The notes under the pieces were generated by a model. That model saw nothing but the letters and a program-made list of their open reading frames with translations, searched no databases and was not told the origin of the DNA. A stretch of 64,000 nt of DNA, from positions 976,342 to 1,040,341 of the forward strand of contig JAWLHY010000002.1 of assembly GCA_041690135.1 (NCBI GenBank). The letters run 5' to 3'. Origin of the DNA: Armatimonadota bacterium (GTDB taxonomy: Bacteria > Armatimonadota > SYMT01). Below, one piece after another: positions 1 to 9,371 of the stretch. Position 1 is the first letter of the stretch; the number at the start of each line of letters is the position of its first letter. Made by a program: the position numbers and the translations under genes.

Positions 1-332
1 TCGCCGAGTTCGTCCGCCTGACGGACACGCTCGGTGTAGCCTTGTATGGCCCGTTGTTCGGCATCGCGGATGGCCTTGAGCATGTCTTCCGCGCCATCCG
101 CTTCCGGGACGACCGACGGCTGTGTGGTGGGGTTTCCGCCCATGGCCGCGATGCGGTCCGCCAGGTACTGCGCGTGGAGTTGCTCGTCGGCGATTTCTGC
201 CTGGAAGAAGGTGCGGAGTTCCGTTCGCCACGGGCCTCGCACCTTGGCGGAATACTGGATGTACTGGATGATGGCGGCGTACTCGTTCGCCAGGTCTTGA
301 TTGAGCGCGTCGATCAGCGCTTGTTTGTCCAC
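1..332 (-). CDS. Ferritin-like (bacterioferritin/Dps-type) protein, 3' end truncated by window edge
   Basis: Not in the ORF track. Manual translation from GTG at 332 (SD AAGGAG upstream) gives MDKQALIDALNQDLANEYAAIIQYIQYS...AEIADEQLHAQYLADRIAAMGGNP, with ferritin-like E..Y and DExxH ligands. Confidence 0.85.
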   Translation of the reverse strand, partial: MDKQALIDALNQDLANEYAAIIQYIQYSAKVRGPWRTELRTFFQAEIADEQLHAQYLADRIAAMGGNPTTQPSVVPEADGAEDMLKAIRDAEQRAIQGYTERVRQADELG

Positions 333-417
333 GGTTGTCTCTCCTTCGGAAGCGCAGGGTTGCGGGGAAGCACCCCCCAGCAAGTCCCTTATATCCCCGG
401 AAACTACCCATGAAACA

Positions 418-458
418 GAAGAAGGGGCGAAAGCGCCGCAACGCCTCGCCCCTTCTTC
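418..458. terminator. Hairpin, probable intrinsic terminator downstream of the cyclophilin cluster
   Basis: GAAGAAGGGGCGA ... TCGCCCCTTCTTC stem with a T-rich flank. Confidence 0.6.
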
Positions 459-487
459 CTTTTCCTGTTTTCCGCCGGGGGAATCGT

Positions 488-1009
488 CTACTCGACCACC
501 CGTGCCGATCGGATCACCACCGGTTCTACCGGCACGTCCTGGTGTCCGCCGCGGCTGGTGGTGGGCACCTTCTTGATCTTCTCCACCACGTCCAGGCCCT
601 CGATCACCTTGCCGAAGACCGCGTAGCCGTAGCCCTGCGACGTCTGGTCACGGTGGTTCAGAAACGCGTTGTCCCGGACGTTGATAAAGAACTGCGCCGT
701 GGCGCTATCCACCACGGAAGTGCGCGCCATCGCCACGGTGCCGTAGTCGTTGGAGAGCCCGTTGTGAGCCTCATTCTTGATCGGCGCCCCGGTGCGCTTC
801 TCCCGCATATCGGCGGTCATCCCCCCACCCTGGATCATGAAGTTGGAGATCACGCGGTGGAAGATCGTTCCGTCGTAGTGGCCGGAGCGAACGTAGTTCA
901 GGAAGTTCTCCGAGGTGATGGGGGCCTTCTCGGGGTTCAACTGGATCTGGATTTCGCCGAACGTAGTGTCGAGCGCTACGATCGGGCTGTTGTTCTCTGT
1001 CTGGCTCAT
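488..1009 (-). CDS. ppiB: Cyclophilin-type peptidyl-prolyl cis-trans isomerase, cytoplasmic (PpiB-like)
   Basis: [33 protein letters not shown] and GYAVFGKV motifs; no signal peptide. Confidence 0.92.
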   Translation of the reverse strand: MSQTENNSPIVALDTTFGEIQIQLNPEKAPITSENFLNYVRSGHYDGTIFHRVISNFMIQGGGMTADMREKRTGAPIKNEAHNGLSNDYGTVAMARTSVVDSATAQFFINVRDNAFLNHRDQTSQGYGYAVFGKVIEGLDVVEKIKKVPTTSRGGHQDVPVEPVVIRSARVVE

Positions 1010-1605
1010 AGAAGTTTCGCCGACTTGATGACGACCGGCTCGACAGGCACGTCTTGATAGAAGCCGCGCGTGCCGGTCTTGACCTGGCGGATCTTATCCA
1101 CCACTTCCATTCCCTTGATCACTTTCCCGAAAACCGCATAGCCATGGCCGTCCGGGTCGGGGTAATCAAGACCTTGGTTGTCCACCACATTGATGAAAAA
1201 CTGCGCGGTGGCGCTATCGGGATCCTGGGTGCGCGCCATGGCGATACTGCCGCGCACGTTCTTGAGGCCGTTCTTCCCCTCGTTCTGGATGCCGTCGCCC
1301 GTCGGCTTCTCTTCCATGTTCGCCGTAAAGCCGCCGCCCTGGATCATAAACTTATCGATCACCCGGTGGAACACGGTCTGGTTGTAGTGGCCCTTCTTGA
1401 CGTAATCCAGGAAGTTCTTGACGGTGACCGGGGCCTTGCCGGGGTTCAGTTCCAGGTGGATGGGGCCGAGCGAGGTCTCCATCACAACCACCGGATTTTT
1501 GGCCGCGCTCTTTTTGGGTTCTTCGGCGGCGATGGCGGGCAGCATGCCGCCGGCTAACCCGGCGGCGAGGCCGGCGCGGAGCAGGGAACGTCTACTCTGG
1601 CTCAT
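1006..1605 (-). CDS. Cyclophilin PPIase with Tat signal peptide
   Basis: SRRSLL twin-arginine motif and hydrophobic stretch, then [14 protein letters not shown]; 4-bp overlap with the next gene. Confidence 0.92.
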   Translation of the reverse strand: MSQSRRSLLRAGLAAGLAGGMLPAIAAEEPKKSAAKNPVVVMETSLGPIHLELNPGKAPVTVKNFLDYVKKGHYNQTVFHRVIDKFMIQGGGFTANMEEKPTGDGIQNEGKNGLKNVRGSIAMARTQDPDSATAQFFINVVDNQGLDYPDPDGHGYAVFGKVIKGMEVVDKIRQVKTGTRGFYQDVPVEPVVIKSAKLL

Positions 1606-1606
1606 C

Positions 1607-2359
1607 TCAGGTGCCCGATCCTTCCTTGGCTTCCTCTTTAGCTTCTTCTTTGATCTTTACGGACTTGATGGTCACTGGTTCGACGGGCACGTCGGCGTGG
1701 CCTTCCTTCATCGTGGTGGGCACGGTCTTGATGGCTTCCACCACGTCCATGCCTTCGGTGACCTTTCCGAACACGGCATAGCCGAAGCCGTCACTTCCCG
1801 GGTAGTCCAGGGATGCGTTGTCCGCAACGTTGATGTAGAACTGGGCCGTCGCGCTGTTCGGATCGCTGGTGCGCGCCATCGCGATCGTGCCGCGCTCGTT
1901 CTTGAGGCCGTTCTGAGCTTCGTTCTTGATTCCCTCACCCGTCGGCTTTTCTTCCATTCCGGGGGTGAAGCCGCCGCCCTGGATCATAAAGCCATCGATC
2001 ACCCGGTGGAAGATGGTGCCGTCATAGTGGCCCTTCTTCACATAGCCGACGAAGTTCTCCACGGTGACGGGGGCCTTATCCGGATACAGTTCCAGTTCGA
2101 TGGTGCCTTTCGACGTCTCCATCACGACCGGGACCGGCTTGCTCATGTCTACCTGGGTGCCTTCACCGCCCCCGCTGGTTGAGCCATGCTCGCCGGCAGG
2201 AGCATTCCCCGCGGCCGGAGCGGAGTCGGTGGGCACGGCCGCCCGCTCGGACGGTCCGCAGCCGAACAGAGTTAGAGCCAGTGCGCAAGAGGTCAGCAGA
2301 AACAGGCGCCGCGGCGTGGCTCCGTCTCGAGCCGCCGGTGCGGGGGGATGCGGATGCAT
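1607..2359 (-). CDS. Cyclophilin PPIase, predicted lipoprotein
   Basis: PRRLFLL...LTLFGC lipobox, low-complexity linker, cyclophilin core [14 protein letters not shown]. Confidence 0.9.
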   Translation of the reverse strand: MHPHPPAPAARDGATPRRLFLLTSCALALTLFGCGPSERAAVPTDSAPAAGNAPAGEHGSTSGGGEGTQVDMSKPVPVVMETSKGTIELELYPDKAPVTVENFVGYVKKGHYDGTIFHRVIDGFMIQGGGFTPGMEEKPTGEGIKNEAQNGLKNERGTIAMARTSDPNSATAQFYINVADNASLDYPGSDGFGYAVFGKVTEGMDVVEAIKTVPTTMKEGHADVPVEPVTIKSVKIKEEAKEEAKEGSGT

Positions 2360-2503
2360 TCGAGAGTACTCCCTTGATCAGTCGGTGCGATCTGAAATGA
2401 TTACGTGGGCGGGGTGGGATGGGGGTTCCGAACCGCTGGCCGGACGAGCGTTACGCCCGCGTGTATTGTACGGCAGGGAGGGCCGATTAGGCATGGGGAC
2501 GCC

Positions 2504-2603
2504 GCGCGCGGACGAACTTTCAATTATTTTTGAAACAAGTGTGGGCAAACGGTCCTGGCTCCTGGATAATGGTTTCAGAAAGAATTGAAACTTCGTCGCG
2601 CGC
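2504..2603. promoter_or_regulatory. About 33-bp imperfect inverted repeat, each arm carrying TTTCA-N8-TGAAA, around a sigma70-like core
   Basis: Arms at 2504-2536 and 2572-2603; TGGGCA (2542)-17 nt-GATAAT (2565) lies between them. Confidence 0.6.
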
Positions 2604-2618
2604 AGCAAGGACCTTCCG

Positions 2619-3434
2619 ATGTCCCGCCCTCCCGTAGACTGGCCGATACCCGTTTACGTCGCGGAGTTCCGCGAGCGTGGGCTGGTGGTATGCCGCGTGC
2701 CCGCACACTCGCTGCACGGTCGCGTGGCGCCTCCGCTTCAGCCCGTGATCGCGGGCGGCATGGCGACGGTGGTGTTGGCGCTGGGGAGTGGTCGGTGTCT
2801 CAAGTCGGCGTGTGGGTCCCGGATTCTCACCCGGGAGTTCGACGTGAGCGAGTTGTTCACTCCGGTGCATTGGAAGCCCGCCTGCCAGCCGGTGCGACTG
2901 GGGAACTGGAATCTCGCCGTCTCCACCACCGCGCCGGCCATCCGGCGGCTTCTGGAGGCCACCCTGGAAGTGGACGTCCGGGTGGAAGGCCGTAGCGCGC
3001 GGAAGGGACATTCATCAGGCGCCACGGCAGGCGACGTGCGGACCGGGCTTGGCTGTCGGGTGCGGATTGCACGGCCGGCAATCGAGGAATGCTGGCCGGC
3101 CCGTTCGGCCTTCGCTTCGCAGGAGGCGGCGGAAGGTCTATTGCTTCACCCGCAGAGCAGCTTCGTGCCGGACACCTCTGGGGAACTGGTGCGAGCCATT
3201 CCGGTCCACCATTACGCGCGCAGCACGGTGCACGTGTCGGCCGAGGAATGCGACCTCACCGGGGTCGCCACGCTTCTCGACCTGCCGCTGGAACAGGTGA
3301 CCGTGGATCATGTGCTTTTCCAGAAGCGCTGCACGCACACCTATGCCTTCCCTGCCGAACGGATTCCCCTGGCGCGCGCTTCCAGTTGCCGTCCGCGCCT
3401 GCTACTGCGTGAGGAATTAGCAGCCGCAGCCTGA
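2619..3434 (+). CDS. Hypothetical protein, possibly divergent DUF2071 family
   Basis: 271-aa ORF filling the gap. Segments WPARSAFASQEAAE and VTVDHVLFQK recall DUF2071 members (from memory). Confidence 0.55.
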   Translation: MSRPPVDWPIPVYVAEFRERGLVVCRVPAHSLHGRVAPPLQPVIAGGMATVVLALGSGRCLKSACGSRILTREFDVSELFTPVHWKPACQPVRLGNWNLAVSTTAPAIRRLLEATLEVDVRVEGRSARKGHSSGATAGDVRTGLGCRVRIARPAIEECWPARSAFASQEAAEGLLLHPQSSFVPDTSGELVRAIPVHHYARSTVHVSAEECDLTGVATLLDLPLEQVTVDHVLFQKRCTHTYAFPAERIPLARASSCRPRLLLREELAAAA

Positions 3435-3460
3435 TCGTGCTGTCCAGTTCCAAGCGCTGC

Positions 3461-3530
3461 TCCTGATCTTCATCCAGTTCCTTATCCTTATCCCGCCTTC
3501 CTTATCCTTATCCAGTCTCCTTATCCCCTT
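3461..3530. repeat. Degenerate 6-mer (CCTTAT) tandem tract between convergent genes
   Basis: ...CCTTATCCTTATCCCGCCTTCCTTATCCTTATCCAGTCTCCTTATCC; includes the stop codon of the acyltransferase. Confidence 0.75.
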
Positions 3531-4437
3531 GTAGCCACGCGTACCACCGCTTGTCCAGCCAGAACTGCCACATGTCGGGATGATCGCGGACGAAGCTCTC
3601 AAAAAGGTCCGTCCACGCCTGCGCTACGGCGGCCACGTCCGCGTCCCGGTTGCCGGTCTCGGGGAGGGTAAGTGGGGGATGGGTCCAGAGTTGGTAGCGC
3701 CCGTTCTCTTCGTGGAAGAAGGAAGAGAGTAAAGGGGCCCCGGTCCGGACGGCGAGGAAGAACGGTCCGGCGGGAAGATCAACGGGCCGTCCGAACAGCC
3801 GCACCGGGATGCCGCTTCCCGGGCGCTGGACCAGGTCCGGCGTGAGGGCCAGCACCCGGTTCTTCCGCAGCACCCGCAGGGCGGTGGTCATCTCCTCCAG
3901 CCCGTGGAACTGGGAGTTCTTGCGGGGGCGGTACACCACCTCCAGCCCCAGGGCACGGTACCACTGCTGCTTGATCGCCTCGTAATCGGCGTCGGGAGAC
4001 TCGCGGGCGAGCACGGTCACCGGCACCTGCGCGGTGGCCGTCCCGGCCATGATCTCGTGGCCGATGAGGTGCGGGCACACCATCAGCACGCCCTTGCCCC
4101 GGCCCAGGGCCTCCCGGTAGATCTCCTGGGCTTCGGGGTCGTGCTGCCAGACGGTGGAGAGGCTGCCGGCCTGCATTCCGGACCGGTAGACCGCCGCGGA
4201 GAAGGTGAACAGGTCGGCCAGGTGCCGGAAGTAGTCCCGCACGTGTTGTGCGGAATAGCCTTCCGGCCCCAGCGCGCGCCGCATGCCGTCCTCTACCTGC
4301 GCCCGCCAGCCCGGCACGGCGCCCAGGGCCGTGGCGAGCAGCGGCCGGCCCGCCATCACCAGGGACGGGGGAGCGTGCTTCGCCACCCAGATCAGCCGCG
4401 GCGCGAGCCTGGCCCGCAGAGTCTTGCGTTTCGCCAT
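3508..4437 (-). CDS. Lysophospholipid/lipid A acyltransferase (LpxL/HtrB-like)
   Basis: GKGVLMVCPHLIGHE (HxxxxE), LALTPD, VRLFGRP and HPDMWQFW motifs. Confidence 0.85.
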   Translation of the reverse strand: MAKRKTLRARLAPRLIWVAKHAPPSLVMAGRPLLATALGAVPGWRAQVEDGMRRALGPEGYSAQHVRDYFRHLADLFTFSAAVYRSGMQAGSLSTVWQHDPEAQEIYREALGRGKGVLMVCPHLIGHEIMAGTATAQVPVTVLARESPDADYEAIKQQWYRALGLEVVYRPRKNSQFHGLEEMTTALRVLRKNRVLALTPDLVQRPGSGIPVRLFGRPVDLPAGPFFLAVRTGAPLLSSFFHEENGRYQLWTHPPLTLPETGNRDADVAAVAQAWTDLFESFVRDHPDMWQFWLDKRWYAWLQGDKETG

Positions 4438-4455
4438 TTCAGGAAGCGCAGCCGG

Positions 4456-5493
4456 TTACATCCACCGCTTGAAGAACTTCAGCACCCCCTGGTCCCAGGC
4501 GATCCGGTGCGTGATTCCCGTTCCCTGCGCGATCTCGCCCTTGTGGTCCAGGTACCACTGGTAGGAGCGGATCAGGGCCTGCGAGTTGCTGTACTTCGGA
4601 TTCCAGCCCAGGGTCTTCTCGATCTTCTCCGTGGAGACGAACGAGTCCTTATCCGCCGTTCCGTACACCCACTTGTAGAGCGGGGACAACTTCATGGCCT
4701 CGAAGATGCCCAGCCAGAACTTGACGAACGGCGCCGGGGTGCCCATCACGCGGGCGCCGGACTGCGCATACTTGCAGAGCGCCCCCAGGTCTTCCTGGAC
4801 GGTGTTGAACTCTTTGGCGCCGACATTAAAGGTGTCGTTCGCCTTCTCGACCGGGGAGGTGGCGCACAGGAACACGGCTTCCGCCAGGTCTTCCACCTCG
4901 AGGAGTTGATACCGGTTGTGCCCGCTGCCGATCACCGGGATCCGCTTGCCGCTTTCCACCCAATCGTACAGGATCTGGAACACGCCCAGGCGCCCGCTCC
5001 CGATGAAAGTCTTGGGGCGGATCACCGGCACGCAGAGGTTCTTGGTCCGGAACTCCTCGCAGACTTTTTCCGCGGCGATCTTGCTCTCGCCGTAGGGCCC
5101 CACGCCGATGAGCGGGGAGTTCTCGAACAGCGGATGGACCTTGGGCACGCCGTAGACCGCCGTGGAAGAGATGAAGATGACCCGCTGGACCCCGCACTCC
5201 TGCGCGGCTTCCAGGACGTTCCGCGTCCCGCGGACATTGATGTCGTAGATCTCTTCCTTCTTCCAGAGCGGAAGCGCGGCCGCGCCGTGAACCACGATAT
5301 CCATGCCCTGGAACGCCTCAACCAGGGCCGCCTTGTCCCGCACATCGACCTTGCGGCACTCCACGCTCGGATCGTAGTCGGACGGCTCGAACGGAGCGAT
5401 GTCCAGCAGCCGTAGCGTGTAACCCCGGTTGATACCCATGCGGGCGATATGGTAGGCGAGGAAGCCGGCGCCTCCCGTAATGGCGATCTTCAT
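4456..5493 (-). CDS. NAD-dependent epimerase/dehydratase (extended SDR)
   Basis: ITGGAGFLA, SSTAVYG, YGESK (YxxxK). Confidence 0.9.
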   Translation of the reverse strand: MKIAITGGAGFLAYHIARMGINRGYTLRLLDIAPFEPSDYDPSVECRKVDVRDKAALVEAFQGMDIVVHGAAALPLWKKEEIYDINVRGTRNVLEAAQECGVQRVIFISSTAVYGVPKVHPLFENSPLIGVGPYGESKIAAEKVCEEFRTKNLCVPVIRPKTFIGSGRLGVFQILYDWVESGKRIPVIGSGHNRYQLLEVEDLAEAVFLCATSPVEKANDTFNVGAKEFNTVQEDLGALCKYAQSGARVMGTPAPFVKFWLGIFEAMKLSPLYKWVYGTADKDSFVSTEKIEKTLGWNPKYSNSQALIRSYQWYLDHKGEIAQGTGITHRIAWDQGVLKFFKRWM

Positions 5494-5529
5494 CCTATCT
5501 CCCAGGCAAATGGTGATGGGGCCTGTTCG

Positions 5530-6507
5530 TCAGGCCTGCAAATAGGGATCGGGCTGGGCCAGGTAACCCCGGACGTAGTCCGCCACGGCCTCTTCCAGCG
5601 AGCGAAATGGGCGGTTGAAGCCGGCCCGGCGAAGTTTTTGCGTTTCCGCCAGCGTGTGATATTGGTAGGCGCCGCGCAGCTCTGCAGGCATGTCCACGTA
5701 ATCGATCTTTAGATCGACTTCCATCGCGGCGGCCACGGCGGCGGCCAGGTCGTTCCAGGTGCGCGCCCTGCCGGTGCCCACGTTGAAAATTCCGTTGGCA
5801 TCCGGATGCTCGAGCAACCATTGGACGACTTCGACACAGTCCTTTACGTAAACGAAATCCCGCTGCTGTTCCCCATCCGCAATGTCGGCACGGTCGGACC
5901 GGAACAGCCGCACGCGGCCCTCTTCCTTGAACTGGTGGTAGGCCTTGAACACAAAGCTGGACATCGGTCCCTTGTGGTACTCGTTTGGGCCAAAGACATT
6001 GAAGAATTTGAGCCCCGCCATCCGGGTCGCCGCGCCGGTCTCCAGGGCCCACACGTCCACGGCCTGCTTGGAAGCGCCGTAAGGATTGAGCGGCCGGAGT
6101 TGCGGGGTCAGGCGATCGTCATCGGAGAAGCCGAGGGAACCGTCCCCGTAGGTGGCGCCGCTGCTGGCATAGATGAAGCGGACGCCGCACGCGAGGCACC
6201 ACTCCGCCAGGTCGCGCGTGTACCGGACGTTATTCTCCGCCAGGAACTCGAGGTCCCGCTCGGTCGTGGAAGAGCATGCCCCCATGTGGATGACCGCCTC
6301 CACCGGGAACGGCACGCGGTCGTCGCGTACTTGCCGGATGAAGGTCTGCTTGTCCAGAAGTTCCTGAATGCGGAGCGACCGCAGGTTCTCCGGCGTGGCG
6401 GTCCCCGACACTCCGTCCACCGCGACGACGGTGTCGATCCCCTCGCGGTTCAGCTTCCAGATGCAGGCGCTCCCGATGAACCCGGCGCCCCCAGTGACTA
6501 CGTACAA
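5530..6507 (-). CDS. hldD: ADP-L-glycero-D-manno-heptose 6-epimerase
   Basis: VTGGAGFIGS, HMGACSSTTE, YASSGATYG, PLNPYGASK, FFNVFGPNEYHKG, RDFVYVKD, YQYHT. Confidence 0.93.
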   Translation of the reverse strand: MYVVTGGAGFIGSACIWKLNREGIDTVVAVDGVSGTATPENLRSLRIQELLDKQTFIRQVRDDRVPFPVEAVIHMGACSSTTERDLEFLAENNVRYTRDLAEWCLACGVRFIYASSGATYGDGSLGFSDDDRLTPQLRPLNPYGASKQAVDVWALETGAATRMAGLKFFNVFGPNEYHKGPMSSFVFKAYHQFKEEGRVRLFRSDRADIADGEQQRDFVYVKDCVEVVQWLLEHPDANGIFNVGTGRARTWNDLAAAVAAAMEVDLKIDYVDMPAELRGAYQYHTLAETQKLRRAGFNRPFRSLEEAVADYVRGYLAQPDPYLQA

Positions 6508-6581
6508 CGGCGATCTTCTCCCTGGACCGTTCTCCGAACAATCCTAACACCAATAAGGTCGGTCGAGGGGTGGTACGTGAA

Positions 6582-6612
6582 GAGCGGTCCGGACAGCCTG
6601 TCCGGACCGCTC
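6582..6612. terminator. 14-bp perfect hairpin
   Basis: GAGCGGTCCGGACA-gcc-TGTCCGGACCGCTC just downstream of the 6637 stop; weak U-tract. Confidence 0.5.
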
Positions 6613-6636
6613 GGTAAACCTTGAACTGGGTGAGAA

Positions 6637-7530
6637 CTACAGGAGCGCGAGGCACTCGGCGATCAACGCGAGCAACTCGTCGGCCATCTCGCGGGAGATG
6701 TGCTTGCCGCGCTGCGCCTTGACCTGCTTTCCGAGAGCGGCCAGTTTCTCCGCAGCCAGTTCCGCCTCTCCGGCTTCGACTGCGGCGCGCGCATCCGCCA
6801 GCTTATCTTCCAGGCTGGTTCCCAGCTTGCGGATCTCACCGGCCGCCCGTCCGTCGGCGATTGCCCCTTCCAGGGCCTCCAGCGCCTCTTCCAGCGGGTC
6901 TTCCATCGGAGGCGGTGGGGGAGGCTCGACCACCGGCAGGTTGCCGAAGCAGACGTTGTCCGCGGCAATGAACCGGGCCTGGAAAGGCGGGTTCACCAGC
7001 GTGACGTTGGTGATCGTTCCCACGGGCGCCACAAAACCCAGGAAGGTAGGGGCGCCCGGTTGCAGGAAGACCGGGATGAACTCGCTGCCGAAGGTGCCGG
7101 TCACCAGCGCGAATACGGACGTGCCCGGAGGGGAGAGGAGGTCTCCCGGCAGCACGGAAAAGACTTCCAGGCTGGCGGCCTGCACGCCCGGGGCAAAGTC
7201 GATGACCAGCGGCGAAGGCTCGGGCATCGAGAAGTCGTTGGCCAGCAGCGCGTTGGAGGTGAGCCCCGGTATGCTGGCCGGTCCCACTCCCATCAACGCG
7301 TTTGGAGCCGGGGTGGTCGAACTGAAGGTCACCCCCGGAAGGCTTAGAGAGGGGAACTGGGCCATCTCGGGGAGGTCGTTGAAGTCCTCGCAGGTTAACG
7401 CGTTACCCGCCACGGCGGAAAAGCTGGCCGGGTCGAAGAAGGTCTGCACCTGCTGGGCAGCCGCGGGTGCCGGCTTGACGAACAGTCCCACCGCCACCAG
7501 GAGAGGGATCAAGAAGCGTGCTCGCGCCAT
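6637..7530 (-). CDS. Secreted protein with C-terminal helical FIMAH-like domain
   Basis: Start reassigned to ATG 7530 (MARARFLIPLLVAVGLF...AAAQ signal peptide). Beta-rich core, Pro linker, C-terminus SLEDKL...VKAQRGKHIS. Confidence 0.7.
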   Translation of the reverse strand: MARARFLIPLLVAVGLFVKPAPAAAQQVQTFFDPASFSAVAGNALTCEDFNDLPEMAQFPSLSLPGVTFSSTTPAPNALMGVGPASIPGLTSNALLANDFSMPEPSPLVIDFAPGVQAASLEVFSVLPGDLLSPPGTSVFALVTGTFGSEFIPVFLQPGAPTFLGFVAPVGTITNVTLVNPPFQARFIAADNVCFGNLPVVEPPPPPPMEDPLEEALEALEGAIADGRAAGEIRKLGTSLEDKLADARAAVEAGEAELAAEKLAALGKQVKAQRGKHISREMADELLALIAECLALL

Positions 7531-7682
7531 GTGCTGCGTCTCCGTTCTGCCGGTCGAATGCCGCTGGGCAATCCCGATAAGCGCCTGGTCGCCGGCTGAG
7601 GAGACGATACTCCACCCCAGGCCTGGTGTAATCAACACTTGGAGGGAGCAAGCGGCACTACTTAAGTTGACACGCACTCCAA

Positions 7683-9311
7683 CTAAAGGAGGTCTTTGTC
7701 GTTTGCTGACGGCCCGGCGAAGTTCTTACGGGCGGCTCCGACCCAGTAGACCGCGAGTAGCAAGCCCAGCAGGAGCACGGTCCAGAGAACGAGCTCATTG
7801 GGCGGAAGGCTGAAGATGACGGCCAGGAATCCGATCCAGGCCAGCGCCACGCTGTTCAGGGCCCGGCTCCAGCGGCCCAGGTTCCAGGGAGGCGGATTCC
7901 GGAAGGTCGATTCCGCCTTGGTCGAACGGGCGTTCCTCCGGTTGAGGTAGATGGGGATCCCGTAGGCCAGGTACAGCGTGATCGTGCTGATCGAGGTCAC
8001 CACGCTGAAGGCTGCGGCATAGAGGCAGATCCCCACGGCCAGGGCACTGGTGAGCAGAGTGGCCGCGACGGGTACATTGGTACGCGGATGGACCCTTTTG
8101 AGCCAGGTGGACCCCAGCATTCCGTCGTCGCGGGCGAACGCCCACCACATGCGGCCCATGGAGGTGACGGAAGCCAGTCCGCACAGCCACATCGCCACCC
8201 CGATGATGAGGGCAACCAGGTGACCGGCCAGAACCGGTAGATTCTCATACGCCACGAACAGGACGGGGTACGGATCGGCCGCCGTCGCCGCCACGTCTCC
8301 CCGCGGAATCCGCAGGGTCAACGCGAGCAGCAAGAGGTACCCTACGCCGGCGGAAACAGCCACGGAGAGAAACACGCCCCACGCGGAGTTCAGCCGGGCC
8401 ATCACCGTTTCTTCCGCCACGTGCGCCGAGGCATCGTAGCCGGTGTAGGTCCACTGCGCCTGGAGCAGCCCCAGGACGAACACGAGCGCGAAGGGCGCCG
8501 CCGCATACAGATCACGCAGGCCGGGGAACAGGGCGAAGAGGGGAGAGGGCAGCCGGGATTCGCCCAGGATCAGAACGGGCCCCGTCGCACCGTTCGGCAA
8601 TTCCGCGGAAGAGGCTTCCAGTGGCGACTCGGGTCCGCCGGCCCGCAGCAGGAACTCCAGCGGGTTATGGTGGCGACCCAGGAAAAGGAGCAGGAGCACG
8701 ATCACTCCCACCCCCACCATATGCCAGAAGGCGCTGAAGCTGGTCAACCGCGCCGTCAGCCGGATGCCGTACACGTTGATCGCGACCTGGGGAATCATGA
8801 TCAGCACCATCACCAGCACCTGGAAATACCAGTTGGTGACGGAGCCGAAGTAGGGGAGCGGTTGATCGCCGGGGATCCCCAGGATCCGCGTGACGGCCCC
8901 GATCAGGTAAGTGGCCGCCGCGATATTGATCCCCGCGGTGATGGTGATCTGCCCGATCATGTTCAGCCAGGCCGTCACCCAGGCCCACCCGCGTCCGCCC
9001 AGGCGGAAAGCCCAAAAGTAGAGGCCGCCGGCGGTGGGATAGGCCGAGGCCAGCTCCGCCATCGAGGCCGCCACGCAGAGTGTGAAGAGACTGGCGATGG
9101 GCCATCCCAGCGTGTTGATGACCGGCCCCGCGAACTTGAGGCCGTAGCCGTACAGCAGCACGGCCCCGGTCAGGATCGAGATGATCGAGAACGAGAGGGC
9201 GAAGTTGGAGAACCCGCCCATCTCCCGCAGCAATTGCTGGCCATAGCCCAGCTCGCGCAGATCCTCCGCATCCCGCGCCAGGATCTCTTGCTTGGTTAAT
9301 TGTGGTTTCAT
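7683..9311 (-). CDS. APC-family amino acid permease
   Basis: FSNFALSFSIISIL, ELASAYPTAGGLYFW, WTYTGYDASAHVAEET, AFARD; many TM helices. Confidence 0.93.
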   Translation of the reverse strand: MKPQLTKQEILARDAEDLRELGYGQQLLREMGGFSNFALSFSIISILTGAVLLYGYGLKFAGPVINTLGWPIASLFTLCVAASMAELASAYPTAGGLYFWAFRLGGRGWAWVTAWLNMIGQITITAGINIAAATYLIGAVTRILGIPGDQPLPYFGSVTNWYFQVLVMVLIMIPQVAINVYGIRLTARLTSFSAFWHMVGVGVIVLLLLFLGRHHNPLEFLLRAGGPESPLEASSAELPNGATGPVLILGESRLPSPLFALFPGLRDLYAAAPFALVFVLGLLQAQWTYTGYDASAHVAEETVMARLNSAWGVFLSVAVSAGVGYLLLLALTLRIPRGDVAATAADPYPVLFVAYENLPVLAGHLVALIIGVAMWLCGLASVTSMGRMWWAFARDDGMLGSTWLKRVHPRTNVPVAATLLTSALAVGICLYAAAFSVVTSISTITLYLAYGIPIYLNRRNARSTKAESTFRNPPPWNLGRWSRALNSVALAWIGFLAVIFSLPPNELVLWTVLLLGLLLAVYWVGAARKNFAGPSANDKDLL

Positions 9312-9371
9312 GGGGCTCTCCCGTAGGTGCGGCGACTGCGGCGACTCTCGGCTCGAGAACGGCCCACATTC

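Noticed and set aside
2517-2591. ATTGAAAC/TTGAAAC ends resembling CRISPR repeats
   Set aside because: Only two 20-bp palindromic cores, far from the cas genes and embedded in a longer inverted repeat; better explained as operators.
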